Positions 42,799 to 54,596 of a DNA stretch of 64,000 bases are shown here, one piece after another. A program made the position numbers and the translations under genes. The notes beneath the pieces were generated by a model that was given only the letters and a program-made list of their open reading frames with translations, made no database searches and was not told the origin of the DNA. Source of the stretch: Flectonema sp. DT1601 (Eukaryota); assembly GCA_964019425.1 (NCBI GenBank), contig OZ025792.1, positions 310,001-374,000 of the forward strand, read 5' to 3'. Positions within the stretch are counted from its first letter, which is position 1; each line of letters opens with the position of its first letter.

Positions 42799-45033
42799 TT
42801 ATTTAATTTCCAACAAAGAATCAACATCTCTTGCAATCCTAATACTGTCAGTCTTCGCAATTGATGTAAAGACTTGACCCTCTTCAACCACATCCAACGA
42901 ATAGTTATATTTAGATAAATGGCTTATAATCTGAGTCATCAATGGAACACGTGTCTGTTTAAGATCTAGTAATGATTGATAATTATGAAGGGTAGTAAGA
43001 GTATTAAAAAGCGACGATGCCGACGATTGATGTTCACACAAATCGTGATAACACCCGTCATGGATGTCTTGTAGAAGAGATGAGTGTACAGTTTTACAAT
43101 TTAAAGAAATTTCTGATATTTCAGAGGAAATTAAATGTATGCAAGAAGGCATAGTAGACAGCCTTATCGATTCGAACACGTGAAGACTATCATCAACGCA
43201 GAGACACATATCAAGAAGACTACTTCCATAAACAATCATCGATTGCTTGTCTACTAGGTAGCTCTTGCAGTGTTCACTTCCAATCCAAAGGCAGTCCACA
43301 ACCAATATTATTATCCATTTCCTCTCTGACTCTTTCCACCGAGCTTTTGTTGCACTTCCTCGATGAATAAAATCAACCAATTCGTGTAAGTGATTTTTAT
43401 CTTTATCGCAGACTGGTTTATTCGTGAGCACACTTCGGATCGCACCCATCAACGCAATTCCTTTTTTATAGCTCTTTGTTAGCTCCAGTTCAATTCCGTC
43501 TTCCAGGTTATGTTCCAGATGATAATACCCAAGAAGAGTGTTCCATTCATCAGATGTAATTTCACTACTTTGAAAGCGGATGTATGCCTCGAAGAGTACG
43601 TCTTTCAGGTCTCGACCGAGTAGCTCACAGGAGTGTTTGAGCCAATGACTTGTAATCTTATCAACAATTGTACTGATCTCTGCCGATGCAGGTAATTGAA
43701 CAACGCATGCCTTCAGTGCTATTTTAACATCATACGACGAGCTGTTACAGCATCCTAATTGATTTAATAATTTCAGTCTATCACAGATAACTAAATAATC
43801 ATTTCTCTTAACAGAAAGATTCTGAGCAAGTTGCCCAGCTATTTCTGTAACTGATATGCATCGGGGAAGCTCAATTCGAAGTGTTTCGATATTTATGTCT
43901 TTTGATGTGAGATTTGAATGTGAACCACCTAACACATGTAACAATCGGTTCCGAATATTTAATTCATAATGATGTAACGTTTCATGTTCGATACAGGCTT
44001 GTTCAAAATCTTGTTCCAATTCAGGGTGAAGAATCGTAACAAGTGGCTCTAAGTACATCTGCTGACTTACAACATCATTACTATGAACATAAACAAATTG
44101 TGTTATAGATTCTAAACACGTCGGGTATCCACCAAGCTGCAGTGAATCACAATATTGTTTTTGATATTCAATCGGAGCGACGATGATTATTTTCAAATTC
44201 GGATTCTCTGTTTTTATAGGAATCCTCGTAGCACTACTGCTGTAAGAAGAGTTTAAAGAAAGTCTAACAAGTAGTCGTGTTATAAATGATTGATTGCTGC
44301 ATTGATTTACATATTCTGGTGAAATAGAATCCAAGTCTGCTCCGACGTACTCTCCGTGTGTAAGTAACCAGTCAATAACTCTCTCTTGATCTGACGTTAT
44401 CAAAGGATATCTTGTACTGCAACATTGTTGTACTAAATTTATCTTCTGCACAAGTTCTGTAACAGCTGGTGGGCAGTGAGCCGTTCCGAGTAGCTCTCCT
44501 GGCCAAAGTCTCGTTGTGATTGAAGACGTGTTATTAGATAAGAGATCTGAGTAGGTTATTGATGGTAAAAAACTAAAATATTGTTGTCTGAGAGAATCAA
44601 TACAGGTTTGCATTATATCAGAAAACTTAGAATGGTTTCCAAAGAGAGGTGCGTATGTGATATCTGAAGCAGTCACCAGACAGTTTAAAATTAAATACTT
44701 TCTGACCTCACTAAGATGCCGAAGATCTTTCGCGTATGTGTGAAGTTCATCAGCTGTAGTTAAAGGATGTGTTTGAGCTCTTTTTAGTTTACTTCCAAGC
44801 AATTCCAATTCACCGATCCTCCCCTGCCACAGTCTTGTATATATCTCAGCTAACGCCATTACTAAACATTCTGTTGATCTACGAGGTGTTTGATGATTAC
44901 TTCCAGCAATATCATTAATAAACATCAACATATCAGTCGTTTCTTCACTTGAGATTGTTGACTGCATTATTTCTCTTATATTATTCTTAACAAGACACGC
45001 AGAATCAGGAATGAACACCGACATTGAAGGCAT
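42799..45033 (-). CDS. Hypothetical protein, ~744 aa
   Basis: Long ORF on the cluster strand; first in-frame ATG at 45033. Only a weak SPX-like resemblance (L..VRKYLILN). Confidence 0.7.
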   Translation of the reverse strand: MPSMSVFIPDSACLVKNNIREIMQSTISSEETTDMLMFINDIAGSNHQTPRRSTECLVMALAEIYTRLWQGRIGELELLGSKLKRAQTHPLTTADELHTYAKDLRHLSEVRKYLILNCLVTASDITYAPLFGNHSKFSDIMQTCIDSLRQQYFSFLPSITYSDLLSNNTSSITTRLWPGELLGTAHCPPAVTELVQKINLVQQCCSTRYPLITSDQERVIDWLLTHGEYVGADLDSISPEYVNQCSNQSFITRLLVRLSLNSSYSSSATRIPIKTENPNLKIIIVAPIEYQKQYCDSLQLGGYPTCLESITQFVYVHSNDVVSQQMYLEPLVTILHPELEQDFEQACIEHETLHHYELNIRNRLLHVLGGSHSNLTSKDINIETLRIELPRCISVTEIAGQLAQNLSVKRNDYLVICDRLKLLNQLGCCNSSSYDVKIALKACVVQLPASAEISTIVDKITSHWLKHSCELLGRDLKDVLFEAYIRFQSSEITSDEWNTLLGYYHLEHNLEDGIELELTKSYKKGIALMGAIRSVLTNKPVCDKDKNHLHELVDFIHRGSATKARWKESERKWIIILVVDCLWIGSEHCKSYLVDKQSMIVYGSSLLDMCLCVDDSLHVFESIRLSTMPSCIHLISSEISEISLNCKTVHSSLLQDIHDGCYHDLCEHQSSASSLFNTLTTLHNYQSLLDLKQTRVPLMTQIISHLSKYNYSLDVVEEGQVFTSIAKTDSIRIARDVDSLLEIK

Positions 45034-45225
45034 TATGTGTAAGAATCTCTTGGGAAATATATATTCATACAATCAGTTACTAAGGGGATTAGCTTTTTGT
45101 TTCGTTGAACGCACGGTGGAAATATAAATCAGATCACAAGAAATAGCTGCTTTTAATACTTCTCAATACTTTCTTTCCCCTACCGGAAAAAAAAAAAAAA
45201 AAAAAAAAGAGGGGGGGAAAAGTGG

Positions 45226-45845
45226 TTAGAATGCGTTTTACATCATGCTTTTCGAAGTATGATAAATAAATTGTCACCCCATTTTTACTAGGGTGAAAAA
45301 GTTTTTTTTTTTTTTTGTTTTTTTAGGGAGGCTGACAAGTTCAAAACAAGATGAGTGTTCCCAGTCTGAAAAAAGGAGGTAATTTATGTTTTGTTGAACA
45401 AACAGAGGAAAATAAATCATGACCTCAACAAACAACTGTTTTTTAATCTCAATTTCTTCCCCCCGACTAAAAAAAAAAAAAAAAAAAAAAACAGGAGGGG
45501 AAAAAAATAGTGTCGCTTGTTTTAAAAACGAGCGGACATGGATTTCTCCTTCAGGATTTTTCATTTAAGAAAAGGGATGTTAGCGAACGTTAGTTTGACA
45601 CGTTTATTTATTTTTCACAGGAAAAGGAACGAAGTATGTTTGTCGATTAGAATGCGTTTTAAATTATGCTATTCGAAGTATGAGAAATTGGCCATCCCAC
45701 TTTTACCAGAGTGAAAAAAGTTTTTTTTTTTCAAGACTTTCTTCAACGAGATTGGTCACATACAGAAAGCATTGATTTGTAAGTAAAAAAAACTTCACAG
45801 AAAGGCTGACGATTTCAAATCAAGATGAGTGTTACCAGTCTGAAA
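45226..45845. repeat. Diverged direct repeat pair (45226-45371; 45647-45845)
   Basis: TTAGAATGCGTTTTA..TTCGAAGTATGA..GTGAAAAA..GGCTGAC..CAAGATGAGTGTT.CCAGTCTGAAA in both copies; the second has an internal insertion. Confidence 0.8.
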
Positions 45846-46097
45846 TCGCTTTCATTCACAACTACAATTAAAAAAGAAACAAAAAAAAGAGTGACGTTTA
45901 TGAAAAGACTGGAGAGGGAATAAAAAAATATGTATACGGGGAGCTAATTTGCATCTATATTTAGAAGTTATTTTTGCTAAAAGAAAAACAAAAACGAAAC
46001 CAACTCTTTTAGATCGCCATACCGTAAGGTTAAAGTGGAGAATAGAAGAAAAAAACAATTAAATCGAATCTTCCAATATTATATAAAAGAAAAACAA

Positions 46098-47690
46098 CTA
46101 ATCTTGAATTACACCATTGATAGTGAGGTAATCAGAAGGATTGCTGCCTGCCCACGGATCAGGTCCGATGGGGTTCGGAAATTTTGGAAGCCCTCTGTTA
46201 TCTTGCTTTAAAGGAGTCAAATCGCTGGTTAAAACCAACCACTCCATGAGAGATGCAGAGAGCTCGTCTCTCAATTTTGTATAGTCTGCTGAGAAGTACA
46301 CGTTTTTAGTCTCTCTTGGATCGCTAACTAAATCATAAAGCTCACTGACACCTGTTGGTCTATAAACTAACTTTGCAGTGGTATTGCGAATCATTGTAGC
46401 TCTTGGTGATCCATTATCACCAACTTGCTTTTCTTCTTGTCCTCTTGGACAGTACAGTCCCTTTGGACAGCTTCTGGTACACTCATCAGATTCAATAGCA
46501 ATTTCATTCTTAAAGTGAAAACCTCCTTCACTGTAGACGAAACGAGACATGTCACCCTCAACACCTTTGATGACAATGTCTTTTAAGCTCTTTGAGAATC
46601 TAACAAAAGGATCAGTGATGTTCGCTAAATCAAGCATCGTCTCAAGAATATCAGCTGTCTGTACAGGTGCTAATGACACATGACCTTTGACACCACCTGG
46701 TATTCTAACAACTAGAGGAACATGAGTAAGAACATCAGCAAGAGATCCAGGCCATTTCTCAACGAGTCCGTAGTCACCACCAAAATCACCATGGTCGGAT
46801 GAAAAGAACACAGCAGTGCGATCTTTAAGACCTGATTCTTCAATTCCTTTTAACAATTGTCCAAATATCCAATCTGTGTATGCAATCATACCTAAGTAAA
46901 CTGATTGGATTTTATAAAAAGTATCTTCTGTAAGTGAAGTTAAGTTCCTCCAATGAGGTATCCCATTCTTATCACCCATGTAGACAGGCATACCAGGGAT
47001 ATTACGAGGTCTGAGAGTAACGTACTTCCTAACTTCTGCAGGTGGGAATCTGTTGTGCCACTCAGCAGGAGCTCCATAAGGTGGGTGGGCACCTCTACTC
47101 GGGAGGAAGATGAGGAAAGGTTCTGGAGGAGAATTCTTCATCCACTTTACAGCATCAAGAACTCCATCGTAATCCTGACTTTGAGTACTGTTTCCTGGTG
47201 TCTCTGATCCAGTGTTCAGAAATGAGAAGAACCCAGCCTCTGGATAATTAAAAGCATTTGATCCACTTGGGTATCCAATACCTCCTTTCCATTCACTCAC
47301 AGAAAGGTTAAACGCCGTCGCAGACAAAGCATCATTCTTTCCGTACCATTTGACGTGGTATCCATTGTCCTTTAATATTCTAAAGTAATTTTGTTCATAA
47401 TCTTGAACTAAATGAGTCTGTGTTCTGTGTCCTCCAACATGCATGTATCTTCCTGTTAACATCGTACAACGTGATGGACTGCATTGAGTGTGCATTACGT
47501 GTGCTTGAGCAAATCGAGTCCCTTCTGCTGCAAAAGAATCCAAATTAGGAGACACTCCCGGAACCTTTAATCCGTAACTGTTGTAACTCTCAGCTCTCAA
47601 TGTGTCGGGGAAGGAGAATACAAAGTTCATCCTCTGCGCATTCTCAGCCGCTACACCGGATGTTAGCAACAGGGCGATAGCTGCTTTCAT
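46098..47690 (-). CDS. Secreted formylglycine-type sulfatase, 530 aa
   Basis: Signal peptide; CSPSRCTMLTG (CxPxR signature); SSDHGDF, HVPLVVR and ELYDLVSDPRE. Confidence 0.92.
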   Translation of the reverse strand: MKAAIALLLTSGVAAENAQRMNFVFSFPDTLRAESYNSYGLKVPGVSPNLDSFAAEGTRFAQAHVMHTQCSPSRCTMLTGRYMHVGGHRTQTHLVQDYEQNYFRILKDNGYHVKWYGKNDALSATAFNLSVSEWKGGIGYPSGSNAFNYPEAGFFSFLNTGSETPGNSTQSQDYDGVLDAVKWMKNSPPEPFLIFLPSRGAHPPYGAPAEWHNRFPPAEVRKYVTLRPRNIPGMPVYMGDKNGIPHWRNLTSLTEDTFYKIQSVYLGMIAYTDWIFGQLLKGIEESGLKDRTAVFFSSDHGDFGGDYGLVEKWPGSLADVLTHVPLVVRIPGGVKGHVSLAPVQTADILETMLDLANITDPFVRFSKSLKDIVIKGVEGDMSRFVYSEGGFHFKNEIAIESDECTRSCPKGLYCPRGQEEKQVGDNGSPRATMIRNTTAKLVYRPTGVSELYDLVSDPRETKNVYFSADYTKLRDELSASLMEWLVLTSDLTPLKQDNRGLPKFPNPIGPDPWAGSNPSDYLTINGVIQD

Positions 47691-48127
47691 GTTGAAGTAT
47701 TTCTCCTAATGAATTGAGGTTTTATAAAACAGTATTGCCATTAATGTTAACTATCGCAGTGTTGTGATGGAATTCATGTTTAGTTGAATCTATGAGGAAA
47801 ATAAAATATAAAATAAAGTCGTCGGAAAAAGATATTTAAAACAAATTACCTTCAGGTCCGCGTGAACTACGAACGAATAGAATTTTATGATACATGGCCG
47901 CACGCAATGAGATTGACAGAGAAATAATTGCGACAAAACAGAGATCGGAAGTGGTTCGCTAAAATGAGCAAACCTGTCATCAAATACGAGCGCCTTTACA
48001 AGTTTAGTTAGCGTAGTACAAGCTGGGTCACACACCCCAACGTGGTTGTGCGAAAAAAAATGATCTCTCAAAACACCTGAGGGATGATAAAGGTCACAGA
48101 GGCAATTTATATAAAAAATAAAACAAC

Positions 48128-48158
<31 letters not shown>

Positions 48159-48488
48159 CACGCAAGGTCGGAAAATACGAAAAGGAGAAGAAAAATTATC
48201 ATCATTTGAGCTAATAATAGCAATGCGCTCACCTGACTGGACCTGACTGGATGTATGCTTTATTATTATTACAGATGCAGTTAATACATCGGCTTGGATA
48301 AGAAAGGATGACTGAGACGCCATTAATACAAAAAGGAAGACTCGTGAAAATAATAATTAAACACCGTCAAAATACCCTGTTATCAGAAAAAATATTACGT
48401 CGTCAAATTCCCACATTTACAAAATAAAAATTAAAATTTAAAAAAAAAAAAAAAAGGAGAGAGGAATGCACAATGCGCAATCTCAACA

Positions 48489-48519
<31 letters not shown>

Positions 48520-49308
48520 CTGAATCAGATGGAATAACTGAAGGTACTGCGACAGTAACAATTTTTAAATCCCTGAAATATCATATTAACGTGATGGGTT
48601 GGTTTCTTTTTTTTTTTTTTTTTTCGAAGATTGAATTGAAAAGCTCTAACTACATATTACATCATTGAAACAGCAACATAAGTAGACCCTTTTTGTAAAA
48701 ACAGGTCAGAAAAAAAAAAAAAAAAAAAAGAAACCTAAACATCATCATAGTCAGATATTCTCTGCACGGATAATAATAAAACAAAAAAATAAAATAATAA
48801 TAGCACTCACAAATGAAAAAAAAAGACGTTAATTACTTTACATTAATACGCATTTAATCCCCACTAATAAGAAGGATAAAAATAATATTAAGCTAAAACT
48901 GACACAGGAGATACTACCTGACAGCATCAGAACAGAAACCTGTATCTCCCTACAGTAATCGACCAGCTATATTCTCCCTGCAGTAATCGACAATAAGACC
49001 ATATGCTACATTAACATTAATCATAAAGGTTAGTGATGTTCTTTTTTTTGTCGCTACTATCTTATAGCGTGCGTTACTCTGATTAAATGAATCTCAAATT
49101 ACTCGTTTTTTTTTTTATTTAGATGAATAGAGATAATAAAAAAAAAAAAAACTAATGAGCTTACACTTATTTTTTTTTTCTTATATTTAAAAACAAGTGG
49201 ATGCAAAACACCTGATACGTTTATTGGTTTTCTTGATAGAATCAGATCGTTTTTTTTTTTTTTGTTTCTTCTCGTTTTTTTTACCAGAACCATAATATTC
49301 AAAGGTTT

Positions 49309-51780
49309 CTAGGTACCACGGGCATCCGAAGCCGCTACCAAATACGGCGCAAATTCCTTCGAAACGACAACATCGGTTCCGGTCAACCCCCTCCTCGTCT
49401 CAGTAATATTTAACGTACGAGAAGGAGAACATATTTTGGAAGGAAGAAATTGAGCTGCCAAAGCGTTATACTGGTTGATTACCATTCCACAGTCCCCATA
49501 CTTCAGGCCAAACACTCCAGTTGAAAAAGCCGCTACTTTAGTAGTGGTGCCCACAATATTTAAGAAGAAAGCATGTTGTAAACGAGGGATTATTGCGTTA
49601 TCTATACCATCAGATGGGATTAAGAAGAGACTGTTGATTAATTCAAAAGCTCTTTGAGGAACTGAACCAAGAGCAGAATGAGAATGTGACTCAGCTCCTG
49701 GATGAAGAATTTGATATAATTCCTCGACGACTGAATACTTCGCAAGTACTTCGGAATCACCTGAACCACCAGCTGCAAATGGTAGTTGTGTTTCAGGAAC
49801 AGCAAAACAACACTTATGGAGTTGTCGCATTGGGATTTGTCGCATCTTATTTTCAAGGTCACCACATCCATGGATACCATAACATAACTTCAATACTATG
49901 GGATAGCTTAGAGAGAGGTAGTATAACTGCCATAGTGGAAGTGCGTTTTCACCCAACAGAAGCTGATGTACACTCGTCCAGAGAGCAGTGGCTACACCAG
50001 TGCGATCGATTCCAGATTTGCAATTAAAAAATGGAATGACTTCCAGGATATGTTCTAATAGACAGAGTTGAAGTAATTCAGCTGCCCTTCCTCTGAAGTT
50101 CGATCCTTTTGACTGAACTAATTCAGATAGAAGAACAACAGCCATGAAATACTTACAACTCTCTTCACGTTGATCATCCGTTGTTGAAGTTCTTATCAAC
50201 GTTTGAACGGCATCTCTTAATCGAGGTAAGGATATCTTCCAAACCGTATCATCTTCATAGTCATAGTCAAAGCAACCAACATACTCTAATCGTCTTTGGA
50301 ATAGAGCATCGCGTACATCATGTTCTAACCATTTTAGGTGTTTCATATATCCAAAACGACTGCATACATTATGTTGAGGATTCTGTGATGCTCCAAGACG
50401 GAGTGAGAGAGGCCAATTTGCTACTAAGTTGATATAGCTGTAGTCGGCGTTAAGACTTTGCATGTGAGCCTCAAAGTCTAAATGAGCAGTACCATCTCTA
50501 TCAGTGTTGTTAGCTGACGATGTTGAAAGGTCAGAATGGAAACTGCTGATAGAAGATCCGCTTGTATTCACATTTAAGTGATCTCTGTATTGTGCAACTA
50601 AGTCTTCAGTCAGTTGCTCTGATGGTGATACAGGAGGACTTGGTCTTTGTGATGATCTCATTCTCATCGATCGACTCTTCAGAGAGAGTGATTCTTTCGG
50701 TGATTCATTTCCAGTTAAAGTACTACACTGCGCTCTAAAGAATTGACTTTCCTTTTTATCAATTGAAATAGCGTTTAATAAGCTGCATATTCTTATTCTC
50801 ATCGGTCGGTACTCAACGGTCTCTTCATATCGGTTTCTCATTTTCCTTATCACTTCTGTAATCATTAATACCAAGTCTTTACACTTGACAGCCGTGTCTA
50901 TTCTACCACATCTTCCAATTATGTAGATCGGGTTTTGTTTATCGTTGTTGGAGTATAGTTGGGTGAGGCACGTTGTTAGTAAACTGGCTTTTAAATCGTC
51001 GTTTCCTTGGGTGTTGAGGCAGAATGTTCCAACGAATCTACCATACTGAATGGATCCTTGATCCTTCGACAGCAAGTATAAAGCATTAGTTTCTTGATAT
51101 ACTTTGTTGACTGATGAACATATAATATCCGGATGCCAAGTACTTCCAGCAGAATCAACCGCTGCTTCAGTGTGATGGATCTCAGAGGCTCCTGGCCTGT
51201 TTATCCAGTCTTTATTAAGTGATTGAGAAATACAGACAGCCTCTGCCATCGGTTTTCGAATTTGATTAATATGAAGACAGCTATTACTTATTATATTTCC
51301 GATCTCACTGAGCATACCGATGGTCATGTCCCAATGTTGTTCTGTTGGTAGCCTTACTATTATTTCACGTTTTTTAATATCAACAGTAAGCCAATAACAG
51401 ATATCATAAGAAGGAAAGTTGGTAGCAATCAGCAACGAAGTCGACTGTAATTTCTTAATAAGCTGTTGTTGAGAATCAGAAACACTTTGACTTGTTCTGG
51501 GTGACATTGGAGCCCTAGGGCTTGTTGGGCTTCTGGGAGAGTTTGGTGGTGAGTCGTCATAACTTGCTGCTGTAACAGCTGAATAGCATTTATTGCAAAC
51601 TCTTTGAAGTGATCTGTATCTGTCAACCATTCCTTTATTGTTTGAACATGCAAAACAATACAATCCTCCACAAGCCCTGCAATGATGCCGCCGCTTCATC
51701 AACGAAAACAGAGCTCCACATCCTCCACATGTTATGGCTGATGAGTCATCTGCCCATCTAGCCTTTGAGCCCTCTGTCAT
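49309..51780 (-). CDS. FYVE-domain phosphoinositide phosphatase (INPP4/SopB-like CX5R)
   Basis: FYVE: WADD...C..C...F....RRHHCRACG...C..CS...RVCNKC; catalytic loop FNCKSGIDRTG; first ATG at 51780. Confidence 0.82.
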   Translation of the reverse strand: MTEGSKARWADDSSAITCGGCGALFSLMKRRHHCRACGGLYCFACSNNKGMVDRYRSLQRVCNKCYSAVTAASYDDSPPNSPRSPTSPRAPMSPRTSQSVSDSQQQLIKKLQSTSLLIATNFPSYDICYWLTVDIKKREIIVRLPTEQHWDMTIGMLSEIGNIISNSCLHINQIRKPMAEAVCISQSLNKDWINRPGASEIHHTEAAVDSAGSTWHPDIICSSVNKVYQETNALYLLSKDQGSIQYGRFVGTFCLNTQGNDDLKASLLTTCLTQLYSNNDKQNPIYIIGRCGRIDTAVKCKDLVLMITEVIRKMRNRYEETVEYRPMRIRICSLLNAISIDKKESQFFRAQCSTLTGNESPKESLSLKSRSMRMRSSQRPSPPVSPSEQLTEDLVAQYRDHLNVNTSGSSISSFHSDLSTSSANNTDRDGTAHLDFEAHMQSLNADYSYINLVANWPLSLRLGASQNPQHNVCSRFGYMKHLKWLEHDVRDALFQRRLEYVGCFDYDYEDDTVWKISLPRLRDAVQTLIRTSTTDDQREESCKYFMAVVLLSELVQSKGSNFRGRAAELLQLCLLEHILEVIPFFNCKSGIDRTGVATALWTSVHQLLLGENALPLWQLYYLSLSYPIVLKLCYGIHGCGDLENKMRQIPMRQLHKCCFAVPETQLPFAAGGSGDSEVLAKYSVVEELYQILHPGAESHSHSALGSVPQRAFELINSLFLIPSDGIDNAIIPRLQHAFFLNIVGTTTKVAAFSTGVFGLKYGDCGMVINQYNALAAQFLPSKICSPSRTLNITETRRGLTGTDVVVSKEFAPYLVAASDARGT

Positions 51781-51975
51781 TAAATTTACACTCTGCCGAT
51801 GCAAAAGGTCATTTGCTGTGTGCAGAGCACCTGAATTTATTAATGAAAGAAGTTCTCAAATAGGGTTCCCTCTCACTGCAATAAAACTTAAAAGACGAGA
51901 TGGGGAGTGTGTAAATTAGAAAAACTCAACTCAGTAGAATGAAGTTAAAAGAGAGGTACAGACAAAGTACTAATT

Positions 51976-52242
51976 TCATATGAAAGGAACCGGTTGTCTT
52001 TGTTTTTTCCGTTCTCGCCTCTCTGCTCGTAGTTTTAGTTTTTCGTTTTCTATCATCATTCGTTTTCTTCTATTAACGATCCAATCTGGTTCCATATTTG
52101 GATTACTGTCTATTTCTTTAACGTACTTATTCAGATAGTATCCTGCCTCTCTAGGACCCTCTGCGGTGATCATTCGATAAGCAGCCATCACAAATACAGA
52201 CAGAGTCACTGCTAACAACACATTAATCTCAAACGTAAACAT
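51976..52242 (-). CDS. Small single-TM protein, 88 aa
   Basis: ATG-initiated, with an N-terminal hydrophobic helix and charged tail; not homopolymer-derived. Confidence 0.6.
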   Translation of the reverse strand: MFTFEINVLLAVTLSVFVMAAYRMITAEGPREAGYYLNKYVKEIDSNPNMEPDWIVNRRKRMMIENEKLKLRAERRERKKQRQPVPFI

Positions 52243-52354
52243 TAAACTATAATTAATACAACCTATAAAATTCAGATGACAGTTAAAACATGAGTTTTAA
52301 AAAAATTATAAAAACACAATTGCTCTGCTGTTCCATAATACACTTGCAGAATTC

Positions 52355-52584
52355 GTAGTTTCAGAGCCTCTTATACTACTTGTCCCTCTTAGGCCTTCAT
52401 CAGTTGATAGTTAGTATCATTAATTTTAGAACAGAAAAGTGAGAATAAGAAAAGTAGAGATTAGTAAAAGAAAAGTATTCATTTCTGCAGTTTCCTAACA
52501 TCAAAAGGGTAATAGAATATGTAGTTTCAGGAGCCTTAATCTTATACTACTTGTCCCTCTTAGGCCTTCATCAGTTGATAGTTA
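52355..52584 (-). repeat. Duplicated ~60-bp element (52355-52413; 52521-52584) with CTGATGA...CTGAAAC on the minus strand; candidate ncRNA
   Basis: Near-identical copies 166 bp apart: TAACTATCAACTGATGAAGGCCTAAGAGGGACAAGTAGTATAAG...GGCTC(C)TGAAACTAC. Confidence 0.75.
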
Positions 52585-53000
52585 AATACCTATTTTAAGA
52601 AACTACCTCAACCCAACACGGCTAATGTCAGCAACATAAGTATTCAGATTCGTTGTTGTTGTTTTCTTTTTTGTGGGGGGGGGGGATAAAGTAATTAAAT
52701 GAAAACACCCACAAGACAATACGACGTCAATACAGAAACCCATTTGATGCGGGTTAATGAAAATGCCTTTTTCGATATTATTAGAAATCCACACTACGAA
52801 ATAACTGAAAGAATAGCAACACTGAAGACTTTTACCATCAGTGAGCAAGTAATGAATAGTTGCATTAGGGGAACAGGGTATGTACTGCTCGCAACATGAA
52901 GGCAGGGCGCTAAAAGTTTCGTCCTCCTATATTCAATACTTATCTAAGACGGTCGTATATGACATATGAGCAACTTGACTTTGTGTTGTCTTCACTAGCA

Positions 53001-54421
53001 CTAGTTCTCTTCACTCTCTGAATGGAATCCAGTCAGTACCATAGTACCAGGATGAGGAACGTCAAGCCATGGTGTCTGTGGGGTTGGATTGTTGTCGGCT
53101 AACCTGTTCTTGAAAAGACTAAACAGCTAATAAAATAACAGTAATTACAAACCTTTTCTTCACCTGCGAATTCGAAGAATGCCTGAGAAGCGTTATGCTC
53201 TGATGATCTCTTCTCACTGTTGAGTTTGTTTTGTTTTATTAAAGTTCGATATGAGTCTGAGGGATGACGCGCCTCAAAAGTAAATAAATAATAAGACACA
53301 TACTTAGTGTAAGGATCGATACCAGATGGATTTTTGTGGAAGACAGCGGGTCTGACTGGAGCAGGACGAGTAAAACCTTGTTGGACCCATTCTTCACGTG
53401 CCATGATGTGTTTGTAGTGCTCATCGTGGTTTCGTTTTTCAATCGTAACTTCCGGTGACAACATTAAGTGATCGCTATCATTAAATTGATCAAAGAGAGG
53501 AATAGTTGCGGAGTCATTTAATACTTCTAATAACGCCACTTCATCTTCTTTGTTCTTAGCAGCTTGTAAAACCTTTTCTGCATCCACTTCGTTTGAGAGT
53601 GTTATCGTGTATTGCCATGGACCTTCGTCTATAAGTGCTTTCTTTTCAGCTCTCCAGCTGTTAGCTAAATCATCTTTTCGAGGAAGTAGGTTTCTTGACA
53701 ACATCATAAGTCTGCCTTTAACGAACGCAAACCGTTCTTGTCTTTCGAGACCTTCTGCTGTTAGTGTTTCATTGACATCGGTCACATCAGCGTTGAGTAT
53801 TAATGAAAGTTTGTCAGTTAGTTTTTCCCAATTTTCATCATCGGAATTGAATTCAACTTCATCTTCAATAAGACGAGTCTTTGAAAACAAAGTAAGAACC
53901 CTTCCTTTCTGATCGTATACTAAAGAGGTTTGTGGTCCTGGAGGGAATCTGTAGGTCTCATTTTGAACTCTTTTTAGGAACTCCTTCCAAGCAACTTTAG
54001 TAGCAACTGTGTGTCGCTCTTCTATAACTTCCTTGATACCTCTCATTGACACGGCAACTCTGTCAAAACGTGATGCGTGAGGAAACTCACCAAGGGTTTC
54101 TTCTTGGTGTTGGTAGAAAAGTTCTATACTGCGGAGTTGGTTCTTTTCCTTTACAAGTTGAAACCAAATTCTTCGTAGATCTTCGTAACCTTTTTTTTCA
54201 AGTTCTCCTTTTTTCCAGGATCTTCCAGGGTTTGGCGGTGCTATTCCGAAACCAACTTCTAAGATGTGAGTTCCTACAAATTCCTCTATTCCTTTCTGAC
54301 CGCTATTCTCTTCAAATTCATCCTCACCACTATTCCATCTCCGCTGTGCTTTTGAAAGTCTTGACGCAAACGATTGATGTCTCCCGGCAGCGTGTCGGGT
54401 TCCAATTCGTAGAATGGACAT
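53001..54421 (-). CDS. MRPL47: Mitoribosomal protein uL29m, extended; 3' exon boundary uncertain
   Basis: Basic presequence from ATG 54421; MRP-L47 motif GRSW...EL..KGYEDLRRIWFQLVKEKNQL. A probable short intron near 53099-53163 has several possible donors/acceptors. Confidence 0.8.
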
Positions 54422-54596
54422 TTCTGTGTCCTGAATGATAGAAGAAAACAATAAGATAGAATGAATGAATTAGAGCTTATCCTTTTGTGTTTTTTTTTTT
54501 TGTTTTTTTTTAATAAAAATACCTATCGGTATAATAACAAAAATACTAAATCTACAAAAATAGATTAAAAATTAATTTGGTGAAGACGACTAACCG

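Noticed and set aside
47790..48323. 177-aa ORF upstream of the sulfatase
   Set aside because: Contains poly-F and no motifs; more likely UTR sequence with a possible intron at 47706-47849.
48945..48991. Short tandem duplication TCTCCCTRCAGTAATCGAC
   Set aside because: Two copies only; consistent with ordinary slippage.
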